IMG/VR virus record: IMGVR_UViG_3300020430_000008
Span: 32,001 to 96,000 of that record
Source of the DNA: a virus
Strand: one strand, 5' to 3'
DNA: 64,000 bases
The translations under genes and the position numbers were made by a program. Below, in pieces: positions 1-9,105 of the stretch. A model generated the notes under the pieces. The model was not told where the DNA came from. It saw only the letters and a list, made by a program, of their open reading frames with translations, and made no database searches. Numbering within the stretch: the stretch's first letter is position 1; the number at the start of each line of letters is the position of its first letter.

Positions 1-939
1 ATAGTCCTCATCAATGCTCATTGGGTTGTATCGGAGGTCAACACGACCAGTTTTGGGGTCCACAACCTGATTTCTCTTCATCTGGGTCGTGACTTTCTGC
101 ATAAACTGTTCTACATCGTGCGGTGGGATGTTACCAACGTCAATATAGAACACTCGACGCTCTGGTGAGCGCACAATACGGTATGCCATCATCGCATCTT
201 CAAGCAAAGTAAGCTGACGCCAGATTCGGCGGGCTCCTTCAAGCACAGAAGTGCCGTATGGGGCAAATTTATCATTACCAAGGATGCGGAAGTGTGCAAT
301 CTGCCAGTTCTCAAAGGTCAAACCGCCTGAGTTCCACTGATACTGCACATAATTGGGGTTTGTTTTGTCTTCGCCCTCTAATCTTTCAAGCTCTTCAAGC
401 GGAATACCAACTGCATTCTTAATTCCATGGACTTCATCAATGTCCAAGTACAAAAAGTAGTCTCCAAACTTACACATCGTACGGCACCAGCCGAATAAGT
501 TGGAGTCAATGTTCAAAATCTTGTGATATAAGTTGTCCAGTACGACTTTGATCTCATCGTTGGAGCAATCAATCTTTAAAAGTGGGCTGAGAATCGTAGA
601 TGTTGTCATCTCGTCAGCATAAATGTCTAGCGCAGAGGCAATCTCTGGCATATATTCCATCTGGTCAAAGTCAAGATAGCGTTCTTGGCGGTTCTGGTTC
701 GCCATAACCTGCGCGCTGAGATTGTCGTACGGATTGTACGACGTTCTCTTAAAGTTCAAGCCGCCTGCGGACGTAAAATTGAACTTGTCAAGTTGCGCAC
801 GACGATATCGGCGCTGCATTTGCACGCGGCGATTGACAATCGGACCAGAAAGCAATCGAGTCAGCCGCTTGAATAACGGTGACTCTGGGTTTCTTGGATT
901 TTTAAGATTTGGGTTTCCCCGCTTACTGTTATCAGCCAT
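1..939 (-). CDS. Portal protein, T4 gp20-like (partial, runs off the left edge)
   Basis: Not in the ORF track; translated by hand from ATG at 939. Contains PEIASALDIYADE, LEDAMMAYRIVRSPERRVFYIDVGNIP and RYNPMSIDEDY, typical gp20-family motifs. Lies directly downstream of TerL. Confidence 0.95.
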   Translation of the reverse strand, partial: MADNSKRGNPNLKNPRNPESPLFKRLTRLLSGPIVNRRVQMQRRYRRAQLDKFNFTSAGGLNFKRTSYNPYDNLSAQVMANQNRQERYLDFDQMEYMPEIASALDIYADEMTTSTILSPLLKIDCSNDEIKVVLDNLYHKILNIDSNLFGWCRTMCKFGDYFLYLDIDEVHGIKNAVGIPLEELERLEGEDKTNPNYVQYQWNSGGLTFENWQIAHFRILGNDKFAPYGTSVLEGARRIWRQLTLLEDAMMAYRIVRSPERRVFYIDVGNIPPHDVEQFMQKVTTQMKRNQVVDPKTGRVDLRYNPMSIDEDY

Positions 940-942
940 TTT

Positions 943-2535
943 TTATCCCTTGTACAGCCATGAATATTGGCGATATTCTTCTACTTGTTTATCAGCCTTT
1001 ATTTTATCAAATGTGCCGCCTTTTTTATAACCTATTTGACCTTCAATTGTCGTATTTAATTTAGTGTTAGTTCTAATCATCGACCCAAGACACGCCTTTT
1101 TGTATTCAATATTCCGTGCATTTGCTACAAATGCGGTATCTCGTACCCAACAAGCGATTGCGAGCGACATAACAAGGTCATCATTATAACCTCTCATAGC
1201 TTGCGGCTTGCCGTTGTTCCAAATGAAGGTCTGGATTTCTCGGTAGGTGCGGGTGGAATATATCGTAATTAGTTTGTTTCTGATAAACTCTTCCAATTTC
1301 GCAACAATCAAAGGGCGCGTTTTCATAGAAGTGGTAAAACCCGGCACCGAGTTAGACATTCCCTCAGCAATGTGCTGCTCAACATAATCATGCGTAGACT
1401 TGACTGAGTGGTAGATGTTGGGGTAACTTTTGTCAATAAGTTTTTCGAGCACAGAGAAGCCAACGTTATTATTCTCAACCACGATCATGCAGTTGCCGTA
1501 TTCTCTACCAGCACTGTCAAGGATTGTGGCATACATATCGATTGTGGGCTTGCCCTGATACTCTGCTACAACTTCTAAAGTTTCCAGCTTGACAATGTGG
1601 AACACAGAATAGTCTGCCCCATCGCCACGGGCAACGTCAGCTACAAGCACATAGGACGCGCCAGACTGGTGTTCTTCCCAGATCCAGTAGTTGCGGTCGA
1701 AGCCTGTGCGATACTTGGGCTCCATCACTGTGCCGCTGATCCAGCCGATATCATCAGGGTGGATGACAGTATCACCAGAAGTATTAAAGTTGCACTCGAA
1801 CTCTTGAGCAATCTCGCGGCGAGACATGTTGCGAGTTTCTTTATCGAACCATTCCTGATCACGGTCAGGGTGGAGATCCCACATCAGCTTAATGGGGTTA
1901 AAATCATTCTCGCCCGACTCTGCATTTGTGTAGATTGTGTGGAACCAGTTACCAACACCGTTTGGTGTAGAGAGCGCGATGCATCGACCACCGGTAGATA
2001 TTGTAGGATACAGACCCATCCACAGTTCTTCAAGCCCCTCAACGTGAGCAGCCTCGTCCAGCACCAAAAGAGACAGCGCCTCAGAACGACCGGCATCGCC
2101 AGAAGTCGAAGACGCTTTAATCTGCGAGCCGTTGGTAAGCTCAAACGATGTGCGGTTGTCAACGTGAATAGAAGAAATCTGAATGAACTCAGGCAACCCG
2201 CGCATCATTGCCTTCACTTTCTTGACCAAGTTAGCGGCAGTACCGAACTTGGTAGCCATAACAAGCACATTCTTGTCACGGTGAAACAACATCATCCAAA
2301 CGATGTAAGCCGCCACAATGGTTGAGATACCCATCTGGCGAGCTTTAAGGATCACATTGAATCGATGATCGTTGAACGACGACAGCAGGTCTTGCTGGAA
2401 GTCGTATGTAGCGAACGGGATCAAGCCGTGGATCGGGTGAGAGATCCTGCAGTAGTTGTTAATAAAATATACGGGATCTTTACCGGCTTTTAGAATTTCC
2501 TTAATCTGTTCTTCTTTAGAAAGTTGAAATGCCAT
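943..2535 (-). CDS. terL: Terminase large subunit, T4 gp17-like
   Basis: Walker A LKARQMGIST, Walker B LLVLDEAAH, coupling motif LSTPNG, nuclease acidic residues ADVARG-DYS and NDDLVM. Confidence 0.96.
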   Translation of the reverse strand: MAFQLSKEEQIKEILKAGKDPVYFINNYCRISHPIHGLIPFATYDFQQDLLSSFNDHRFNVILKARQMGISTIVAAYIVWMMLFHRDKNVLVMATKFGTAANLVKKVKAMMRGLPEFIQISSIHVDNRTSFELTNGSQIKASSTSGDAGRSEALSLLVLDEAAHVEGLEELWMGLYPTISTGGRCIALSTPNGVGNWFHTIYTNAESGENDFNPIKLMWDLHPDRDQEWFDKETRNMSRREIAQEFECNFNTSGDTVIHPDDIGWISGTVMEPKYRTGFDRNYWIWEEHQSGASYVLVADVARGDGADYSVFHIVKLETLEVVAEYQGKPTIDMYATILDSAGREYGNCMIVVENNNVGFSVLEKLIDKSYPNIYHSVKSTHDYVEQHIAEGMSNSVPGFTTSMKTRPLIVAKLEEFIRNKLITIYSTRTYREIQTFIWNNGKPQAMRGYNDDLVMSLAIACWVRDTAFVANARNIEYKKACLGSMIRTNTKLNTTIEGQIGYKKGGTFDKIKADKQVEEYRQYSWLYKG

Positions 2536-2541
2536 GCCATC

Positions 2542-3099
2542 CTAGTCGTTCTTTCTCTTGACATTAGATGGCTTCTTTGCGCCGGGGTACTTGTCCTTGC
2601 CGATAGCCAGCCAGCTTTTGATAGCTGAGTCCACATCGCGTGGCTGTTCGTTGGTGGCGCTGAGGACATCGCCGATGCCGCCAATCTTAAAAAATTGACA
2701 CGCCTTGACTGATGTGCGAACGCGGGAGATGTATTCAACCATGATATCACAATCGCCATCCTTGGTCAGTGTAAGCCCGTTGCCAGTCACCTTCTTATAT
2801 TCACTGCGAAGATACTTGGCTACGTTGTTAACGCGCTGCTCAATCTCGCTTTCGAATCCGTTTTCGTGTACATGCTTAAGCTTGCAATCATACTGATAGG
2901 TGATGCAAAGCTTGTCGCCATGGAAGCGAACCTTGAATCCGTCCATAACTCTAGAGTCGGTGATGATGTCGCCCTCTTCTCTGAAAAGACCGACCTTGCG
3001 CTCTTCACCGTCGAGCGAATACTTCTTGTCGTGAGCACCGTCATAGCTGTTTGCTACAGCTTGCGAGATGCCTCTGATTACTTCAAGTGTCGTTGCCAT
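2542..3099 (-). CDS. Hypothetical protein (185 aa) upstream of TerL
   Basis: Start reassigned to MATTLEV at 3099, which has a GGAG Shine-Dalgarno. Fits the operon packing. No recognisable motif. Confidence 0.75.
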   Translation of the reverse strand: MATTLEVIRGISQAVANSYDGAHDKKYSLDGEERKVGLFREEGDIITDSRVMDGFKVRFHGDKLCITYQYDCKLKHVHENGFESEIEQRVNNVAKYLRSEYKKVTGNGLTLTKDGDCDIMVEYISRVRTSVKACQFFKIGGIGDVLSATNEQPRDVDSAIKSWLAIGKDKYPGAKKPSNVKRKND

Positions 3100-3496
3100 T
3101 TGTTTGTTTATCTCCTGATTTTGGTCGCCAGCCTTTTGCCCATCTTTCTTCTCTATCTTCAACATGTTGAATGTAGCAGTTAAAACAACAATCAAACTTG
3201 TTCATATACACATCGTCTTTCGACTCAAATGAATACTTAGTGCAAACAGGACAGGACCGGTTTGTTTCTCTATTAAGTAGTTTCTGGGAAACTAAAACGC
3301 CATTGACTTCTATCTTCTCGATTTTACGTTCTAGCTCACGAATTCTACTGTTTGCAATCTTGAGTTGTTCTAAAAAATCTGCCTCCTTTTCGGGTGTCCA
3401 ATTCGCACGCGGATTTTGAACTGCCTCAGATCCGTATTTTTCAGAGATTGCCTTCTCAATTCTAGCGACATAATTAGGGTCTTTCTTTTTAGCCAT
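3083..3496 (-). CDS. Coiled-coil plus Zn-finger protein (137 aa)
   Basis: Start MAKKKDPN at 3496. Contains CPVC and CCFNC cysteine pairs. Confidence 0.75.
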   Translation of the reverse strand: MAKKKDPNYVARIEKAISEKYGSEAVQNPRANWTPEKEADFLEQLKIANSRIRELERKIEKIEVNGVLVSQKLLNRETNRSCPVCTKYSFESKDDVYMNKFDCCFNCYIQHVEDREERWAKGWRPKSGDKQTNGNDT

Positions 3497-3497
3497 G

Positions 3498-3956
3498 TTA
3501 CTTTCCCGACGCGGACAAAGCCGCGTATACAATTCCTAATGTTATAACTGCGCCGGCTGCAGCGCCACCAGCAATCCACCACTCTCTATTAGATGGCGAC
3601 TGTCGGTTGATAGCCTCTTGTAGTGCTGTGATTTCCATATTCTTTTGCTCCAGCACTAGAGCATACTCGTCTTGCAAAGCAAGATACTTTGTATCAGCAG
3701 CAGCGAGCCTGTAATGAAACTCCGTCGCCTGCTTGTCAAGCTGGTATTCCAACTCTAAATCAAACTGTAGTGTCAGGTTTTCGGGCATAGCCAACAACTC
3801 GGCGGTTGCTCGCGGATTGAATAAAGTGCCACGGAACGGAGCCGGTTGATTGTAATCGAGAAAAGTAAATTGTGGCATTTCTGCATCAGCAGGTTCATCG
3901 GCAAAAGCTGGGGACGCTGTTAAGAACGCAAAGGTTAATAATATCTTACTCCACAT
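3498..3956 (-). CDS. Secreted protein with C-terminal membrane anchor (possible spanin-like component)
   Basis: Start MWSKILLTFAFLTASPAFA-DE, an SPase I-type signal with no Cys. Central heptad coiled coil. C-terminal WWIAGGAAAGAVITLGIVYAAL helix. Confidence 0.7.
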   Translation of the reverse strand: MWSKILLTFAFLTASPAFADEPADAEMPQFTFLDYNQPAPFRGTLFNPRATAELLAMPENLTLQFDLELEYQLDKQATEFHYRLAAADTKYLALQDEYALVLEQKNMEITALQEAINRQSPSNREWWIAGGAAAGAVITLGIVYAALSASGK

Positions 3957-4365
3957 ACTCGAAACCAAATTCCTTCTTGATTTGTTCTGCCACGCCTTCT
4001 GGGTGATCTGCCCATTCGCGCTCAATCTCTTCAATGCGCTCTTCTGTACGCTGTTCTAATCTCTCGCGGGCGCGGTCACGCTCTTCCTCAATAACCTCAA
4101 GGTCTTCAAGTAGCGCATCCATAAGCACTTCCATCTCTCTCATTTGCACTTTATGAATCTCTTTCAGTCCCTCAAGCTGCGCTTCGGACGACTGGATTCT
4201 TGCTTCATAGGCTGTTTCCATAGCGCGGTAATCTGCGCGCATCTTTAAAAACAGCGCGGCAGAAAGCGCAAGAATCAACAACACCTTCCAGTGTTTGATG
4301 ACAAAGGGCAGTGCCTTGTCCCAAGCGGTAGAAAGCACTGCCCATATAGCTCTAAGCTTAATCAT
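3946..4365 (-). CDS. N-terminal TM plus coiled-coil protein (i-spanin/Rz-like)
   Basis: Hydrophobic VLLILALSAALFL followed by a long charged helical region. Overlaps both neighbours. Confidence 0.6.
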   Translation of the reverse strand: MIKLRAIWAVLSTAWDKALPFVIKHWKVLLILALSAALFLKMRADYRAMETAYEARIQSSEAQLEGLKEIHKVQMREMEVLMDALLEDLEVIEEERDRARERLEQRTEERIEEIEREWADHPEGVAEQIKKEFGFEYVE

Positions 4366-4568
4366 TCAAGACCCTTCAACTTTGCGATGCCATCAATGAC
4401 TGTTTGACCGCCAATGTAGATTCCTGAAATAATCACCCAGTCCGATGACTCAAGCCCTGCCCAAACCATCAGCCCGGTCGCGGTAAGCCAAACCATGAAC
4501 TTGCGAGAAATCATCTTCTCAACAAGTCGGTCAATCTTAGCGCCCGTATATTTTACTGCTGTCATCAT
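4362..4568 (-). CDS. Small two-TM membrane protein, holin-like
   Basis: SRKF motif followed by two hydrophobic helices and a YIGGQ-IDG tail, a common small holin-like pattern. Confidence 0.6.
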   Translation of the reverse strand: MMTAVKYTGAKIDRLVEKMISRKFMVWLTATGLMVWAGLESSDWVIISGIYIGGQTVIDGIAKLKGLE

Positions 4569-4577
4569 AAATGTCTC

Positions 4578-4751
4578 CTATAACAGCCAGCCGCCAGCAA
4601 GAACTGCTAACGCCAGCAAGCCCCACCAACTAAGACGGTGGTGACCATCTACTACTTCGTCCCAAAGCGCACTGAGGACATCTCCTGCCAATCTCAACGC
4701 ACCCGGCACTAATGCCCAGACTCTGCCTGCTTGTCTCTTAAGCCAATCCAT
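4578..4751 (-). CDS. Small membrane protein (57 aa), not in the ORF track
   Basis: Hand translation MDWLKRQAGRVWALVPGALRLAGDVLSALWDEVVDGHHRLSWWGLLALAVLAGGWLL*. Has a GGAGG SD and fills the gap between neighbours. Confidence 0.8.
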   Translation of the reverse strand: MDWLKRQAGRVWALVPGALRLAGDVLSALWDEVVDGHHRLSWWGLLALAVLAGGWLL

Positions 4752-4762
4752 AATCAAACCTC

Positions 4763-7700
4763 CTATTGATTAACGTGCGCATAGCCTCCCGTCTTATCAA
4801 TAGTAATCTGGGTATCTACGCAATCCTTCAAGCTGTCCAAGTGAGAAATCAAAAGAACTGTCTTGAAGTATGTCTTAATTAGTTCCAAGATACGAATAAA
4901 GCCTTCCATGTTCTCTTCATCGAGCGCAGTACCCGGTTCATCGAGGATAAAAAGATCGCCCTTTGGCAGTGACGACACGCTGAGCAAGGACAATCGGATT
5001 GCCATAGCTGCTAATGTTTTCTCTGCTCCCGAGCCCATTTCCAAAGGTCGGGCTTCGTGTCGAGGATGCTTAATGAAGACATTCATCTTCTTGCCATCAT
5101 CCTCAAAGAAGATCTCAAAATCTACGATGTTAGCCAAGACCTTGGCGATCTCTTCGTTGATCACTGGCAGCTTCTTTTTGATAATGTCGTACGCAATACC
5201 ATTGGAATGCATGCACCTCATGAACAAATCATACGCAGCATATCGCTTTTGCAGATCAGCCAACTCTTGTTGTGCTATCTCGTTAGACTCTACCTTGCTT
5301 TCGACCGAACCGTGTTCCTTATGTAGTTCAAGTAACTCTTCGTTAAGAGCGGAAAGTTTAATATTTGAATCATTGAGTCTCTTTTCGACACGGCTACGAT
5401 CTTTCAACAGCGCCTCTAAGTTCTCAATAGCATCGCGGTTGTCTTCGTACAATCGCTCATTTTCCTCAAGGTCGCCGATCTCCTTCTCAATGCGAATGAT
5501 TGCGGTCTTATTCTTCTGCACCTGCAGTCTGCAATCGGATATCTCGCCCGACAACTCAGCAGATTTGCGCATAAGCTCTTCATACCGCGTCAGATAGCGA
5601 GTCACCCTATCTGGCTCCAGATCGTCGATTTGAGTTTGAAGTGCTGCCATGTCTTCCATAATTGATGCGATTTTTTTCTGCGTCTTGGGCAAGGAAGCCT
5701 TGGCAACGTGAGCGTCTTTTACAAACTTATTCTCGCAACAGAACTTGCAGTCTGGATCGTACTCATGATCCTCAAGCATTCGTATCTTCTTTTCTTGCCG
5801 CGTAGCTTCTGACTGCTCAGTGTCCAGCTTCTTTTGAGAGTCTGCCGTGGATGCCACAAGTCGCTCGATCTGCTTCTGCCTCTCGCGATATGTGTCAATG
5901 TCAAACTCTTTAATGAAGCTGTCCATTCGGATACGAACAGATTCTTTCTGCGCGCAGTCCTTTGACAAGTTTACGTTCTCTGCGCGCAAAGCGCTGGCGC
6001 GCACTCGCTTGTCCGATAGTTTCTTTTTGATGCCGACAATATCGACGATGCCTGACGGCACGCTTTCGATCTTGTTAACAATGTCGTCAAGAGTGTCTTT
6101 GTAATCGTCGCGCTGAGTGCGCTCTGCTACAAGCGCCTGTTGGCACACTCCTAAGCTTTCCAGCACAGTTGCCTCAGCAGACCGCAACTCTTCCATCTCT
6201 GCTTCGTAGTCGCGCTCTTCAAGCCTTTTCAGTGCCCCCTTCATGTCGGCACTGTCTTCCTTTGCGAGCTTGAACTTTTTCTCAAAAACTTCTAGGTCGA
6301 GAAATTTTGCGAAGATTTCTTTGCGTCGAGTCGTGCCCTCGTTAATGAATTGAAGTGCGCCGTGCTGGGACGACATTGACGACAGTAAGAAGTCATCGAG
6401 CGTACCCACTACCTTGCGAATGTTCTTGTCGGTCTCATTACGAGTAAGACCATTTTGGCTAGTAGTGTCTCCCGTCACCAAGCACTCTGAGTTGAACTCA
6501 AGATTTGTCTTGGCTTCGATTGTCTCTTCGCCTTTTAGACGCTTTACATACTTCTCGCACTGGCGGTTGACTGTGTACAGCTTCTCTCCGATCAGGAACT
6601 CAACAGTTGCATCACAGCCGTTCTTGTGCTGATTAATCACGTTCAGGTTCTTGCGTTCGTTTTTCGACGTAGAGTTGAACATGGTGAACAACAGACCATC
6701 GATAATGCTGCTCTTGCCACTGTAGTTTTTGCCGAAGATACCGACAATACCATTGAGCTTTTCAAAGTCAATCGAGTTGCTTTCGCCGTAGTTGAACAGG
6801 TTATCCCACTTGAACGACTGTAGCTTCCAATTAACGTTCCGCGTGATCTCTTCTTCCTTTTCTACAATACGATTATAGTGTCCGTTGATCGAATGAACCT
6901 CGCTCATCAAATCGTCGTCAACCTCGTATTCCTTTAGATACTCTTCAATCAACTCTTCCTGCACAACAGGATCACGCAAGTCTTCCTTGACCAAGTTGTA
7001 CGTCAAAGCATCGACGTTTCCACGCTCGCCAGCCGCACGATTAAGGAAAGTAATTGACTCAGGTTTAAAGCGATGCTTGGCAACGTCAAGAGCCTTCTTC
7101 ATGCGGTTTAGAGGAAGATTATTATTTGACACCAACCGCAGGCGAGCGCCCTTTGTGATCTCAATATTCTTTGGCATACGTCCCTTTGGCGTCAACTCAA
7201 TAGTGACGAAAGGCTTAGGATTCTTGAACGCAACGTGCTTTACGTCCCACGTATCGCGGTCCTTAATATCCCATATCAGCAGCCCCTTGTCGTTTGTTTC
7301 ACCATGGTTCTGCTGGATAGTGGAGCCGGGGTAGCGAATGCGACCTTCATCATCGAGCACCTGATTCGTCTTGTGGATATCTCCCAAGAACGCAAAGTCG
7401 AACTTGTCGAAGATTTTGATATCGTGTTCGCCATGCTCCATGACCCAGCCAGCATCAGTCTTGACGCCAGAAATAGAACCATGATACAGAGCGATGTTAA
7501 TCTTGTCTGAGTCGGTCGGATCTGTCCAGTTATCCTCGTCGAACACAGATAACACGTTTAGCGTATAATCGGCGTTTAAAGGCGTTTCTCCGGCGTTCTT
7601 AAGCAGATGCAAGTCCTGCAAGTCAAGAGCCTCTACAATGGGCGTAATGGCGTCCTGACGGCTGCTGTTACGCAGGTTACCATCGTGGTTACCCAAGATA

Positions 7701-7924
7701 ACATATGTCGGAGCAATGTCCACAAGATTGCGAAAAAAGTCAGAACAAAGCTCCACAAACTCTGGAGAGATTTGCGTCTTGGTGTGTGCGATATCGCCAC
7801 AGTGTACGATGCAGTCTACCTCTTCATCGCGCAGCGCTTGATATAGCTGCTTGAACACTTCCTTGTATTCGTAATGGTACTTCAAATTTTTAATATGCGT
7901 ATCCGCAATATGAGCAAACTTCAT
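4763..7924 (-). CDS. Fused Mre11/SbcD nuclease - Rad50/SbcC ATPase (gp47-gp46-like recombination nuclease)
   Basis: Phosphoesterase motifs ADTH, GDIAH, GNHD and GDIH. Walker A GKNYSGKS, coiled coil with Zn hook CKFC, signature GSGAE, Walker B FILDEP, H-loop ISH. Start at 7924 follows GGAGG. Confidence 0.93.
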   Translation of the reverse strand: MKFAHIADTHIKNLKYHYEYKEVFKQLYQALRDEEVDCIVHCGDIAHTKTQISPEFVELCSDFFRNLVDIAPTYVILGNHDGNLRNSSRQDAITPIVEALDLQDLHLLKNAGETPLNADYTLNVLSVFDEDNWTDPTDSDKINIALYHGSISGVKTDAGWVMEHGEHDIKIFDKFDFAFLGDIHKTNQVLDDEGRIRYPGSTIQQNHGETNDKGLLIWDIKDRDTWDVKHVAFKNPKPFVTIELTPKGRMPKNIEITKGARLRLVSNNNLPLNRMKKALDVAKHRFKPESITFLNRAAGERGNVDALTYNLVKEDLRDPVVQEELIEEYLKEYEVDDDLMSEVHSINGHYNRIVEKEEEITRNVNWKLQSFKWDNLFNYGESNSIDFEKLNGIVGIFGKNYSGKSSIIDGLLFTMFNSTSKNERKNLNVINQHKNGCDATVEFLIGEKLYTVNRQCEKYVKRLKGEETIEAKTNLEFNSECLVTGDTTSQNGLTRNETDKNIRKVVGTLDDFLLSSMSSQHGALQFINEGTTRRKEIFAKFLDLEVFEKKFKLAKEDSADMKGALKRLEERDYEAEMEELRSAEATVLESLGVCQQALVAERTQRDDYKDTLDDIVNKIESVPSGIVDIVGIKKKLSDKRVRASALRAENVNLSKDCAQKESVRIRMDSFIKEFDIDTYRERQKQIERLVASTADSQKKLDTEQSEATRQEKKIRMLEDHEYDPDCKFCCENKFVKDAHVAKASLPKTQKKIASIMEDMAALQTQIDDLEPDRVTRYLTRYEELMRKSAELSGEISDCRLQVQKNKTAIIRIEKEIGDLEENERLYEDNRDAIENLEALLKDRSRVEKRLNDSNIKLSALNEELLELHKEHGSVESKVESNEIAQQELADLQKRYAAYDLFMRCMHSNGIAYDIIKKKLPVINEEIAKVLANIVDFEIFFEDDGKKMNVFIKHPRHEARPLEMGSGAEKTLAAMAIRLSLLSVSSLPKGDLFILDEPGTALDEENMEGFIRILELIKTYFKTVLLISHLDSLKDCVDTQITIDKTGGYAHVNQ
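4876..4883 (-). promoter_or_regulatory. Candidate late-promoter motif ACTAATTA inside the Rad50 3' end, upstream of the membrane-protein cassette
   Basis: Matches the ACTANTTA motif seen in intergenic gaps. About 125 nt upstream of ATG 4751. Confidence 0.35.
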
Positions 7925-7932
7925 TTTGCCTC

Positions 7933-8115
7933 CTAAAATCTTGGGTGATCCCACGAAGGTTTATGCACGTTTCGCATTTCTTCCTCGTAGTGTTTTCTGT
8001 ATTCTTTAATGTTCTTTGATTCTTTGCGCGCAGGTTCTGTCATGCCGATAAACATACCGAACAGGAACACAGCACCATAGCTGCAAAGCAAAGCCAACAA
8101 TAGACTCGCTGACAT
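7933..8115 (-). CDS. Small membrane protein (60 aa)
   Basis: N-terminal hydrophobic helix, AGGAGG SD. Confidence 0.7.
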   Translation of the reverse strand: MSASLLLALLCSYGAVFLFGMFIGMTEPARKESKNIKEYRKHYEEEMRNVHKPSWDHPRF

Positions 8116-8123
8116 TCTTCCTC

Positions 8124-9068
8124 CTAAATACGAATAGAGGATACCGCATCGCTCAGAATGTACGATGTGTCCTCAATCCGCTTTGCCTCTATCTTTCTCT
8201 TGGCAAACTCTTCTTTTGTGATAGAGCCGATGTCTTCAATATCGTCAGTGTCAATCTTGTACACTTCCATGTCATACTGCAGCAGGCTCTTAATAATCTT
8301 ACGTTCCTTTTGTGATGCATCTGAGTCGAGCGCGATGTAGATGCGAGGGCTTTCATGCACCAGACGCGCAAACAATGACGTATTGCGATTCAATGTCGAG
8401 CCAAGAATCGGAATAGCGTTGCCAGCAACAATCGCGTCGAACACGCCCTCTACCAAAATAATGTCCTCATCCCAATCAAGGTACAACTCATTGAAAACAA
8501 TGTCTCTGCTGGCTGGTGGGTTTTTATACCTCATCCATGACCCGTCATATGCGCGTGCAATAAAGTAATTGACATATCCTTCCATGTCAAAGCTTGGAAT
8601 GAGAACGCGACCTGCATACTCACCTGACGGACAGTAGCCAATCTTCCATTTCAAAATCTCATCTTTGCCGATGCCGCGTGCTTTCAAATAGTTAAGCACT
8701 GGTATAGTTGCGGGAGAAAGCTCCTTGCGTGCCAAAGTCTTAAACTCAGGCGGCAGTGGTACACGCTGGATTACTTGTGGATCTTCATCCTCGTTTGCAA
8801 AAATGCTATCAAAATCCGTAACGTCGTGGCGACCAGTGATTCGATCCCACTCGGTCACCTGTGCATAACTGCCGAACTTACGAATCAAACGGCGAATGTT
8901 CTTGCCACGCGCATCACAAATCCAGCACTTGTAAACGTTCGCCCGAACATTCACAGAGAGCTTGTGCTTGTGGTGCTTGCAGAACGGACAATAAAACAAA
9001 GTCTCATCGCCCGCAACGCGGTAGTCGCCCAAGCAGGACGCAACAATCTTTAGCTTTTCGTTATGCAT
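8124..9068 (-). CDS. DNA primase (DnaG/gp61-like)
   Basis: Zn-binding CPFC and CWIC, TOPRIM motifs ILVEGVFDA and ALDSDA. Confidence 0.93.
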   Translation of the reverse strand: MHNEKLKIVASCLGDYRVAGDETLFYCPFCKHHKHKLSVNVRANVYKCWICDARGKNIRRLIRKFGSYAQVTEWDRITGRHDVTDFDSIFANEDEDPQVIQRVPLPPEFKTLARKELSPATIPVLNYLKARGIGKDEILKWKIGYCPSGEYAGRVLIPSFDMEGYVNYFIARAYDGSWMRYKNPPASRDIVFNELYLDWDEDIILVEGVFDAIVAGNAIPILGSTLNRNTSLFARLVHESPRIYIALDSDASQKERKIIKSLLQYDMEVYKIDTDDIEDIGSITKEEFAKRKIEAKRIEDTSYILSDAVSSIRI

Positions 9069-9076
9069 GCAGGTCT

Positions 9077-9105
9077 ACTATACCCCATAGAATAACTGCT
9101 GTCAA
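9077..9105 (-). promoter_or_regulatory. Near-consensus sigma70 promoter for primase and Mre11-Rad50
   Basis: Minus strand reads TTGACA (9105-9100), 17 nt spacer, TATAGT (9082-9077), then 8 nt to ATG at 9068. Confidence 0.8.

Noticed and set aside
1597-5597. Plus-strand ORFs of about 240 aa (1597-2325, 4863-5597)
   Set aside because: Lie entirely opposite TerL and Rad50, which carry clear catalytic motifs.
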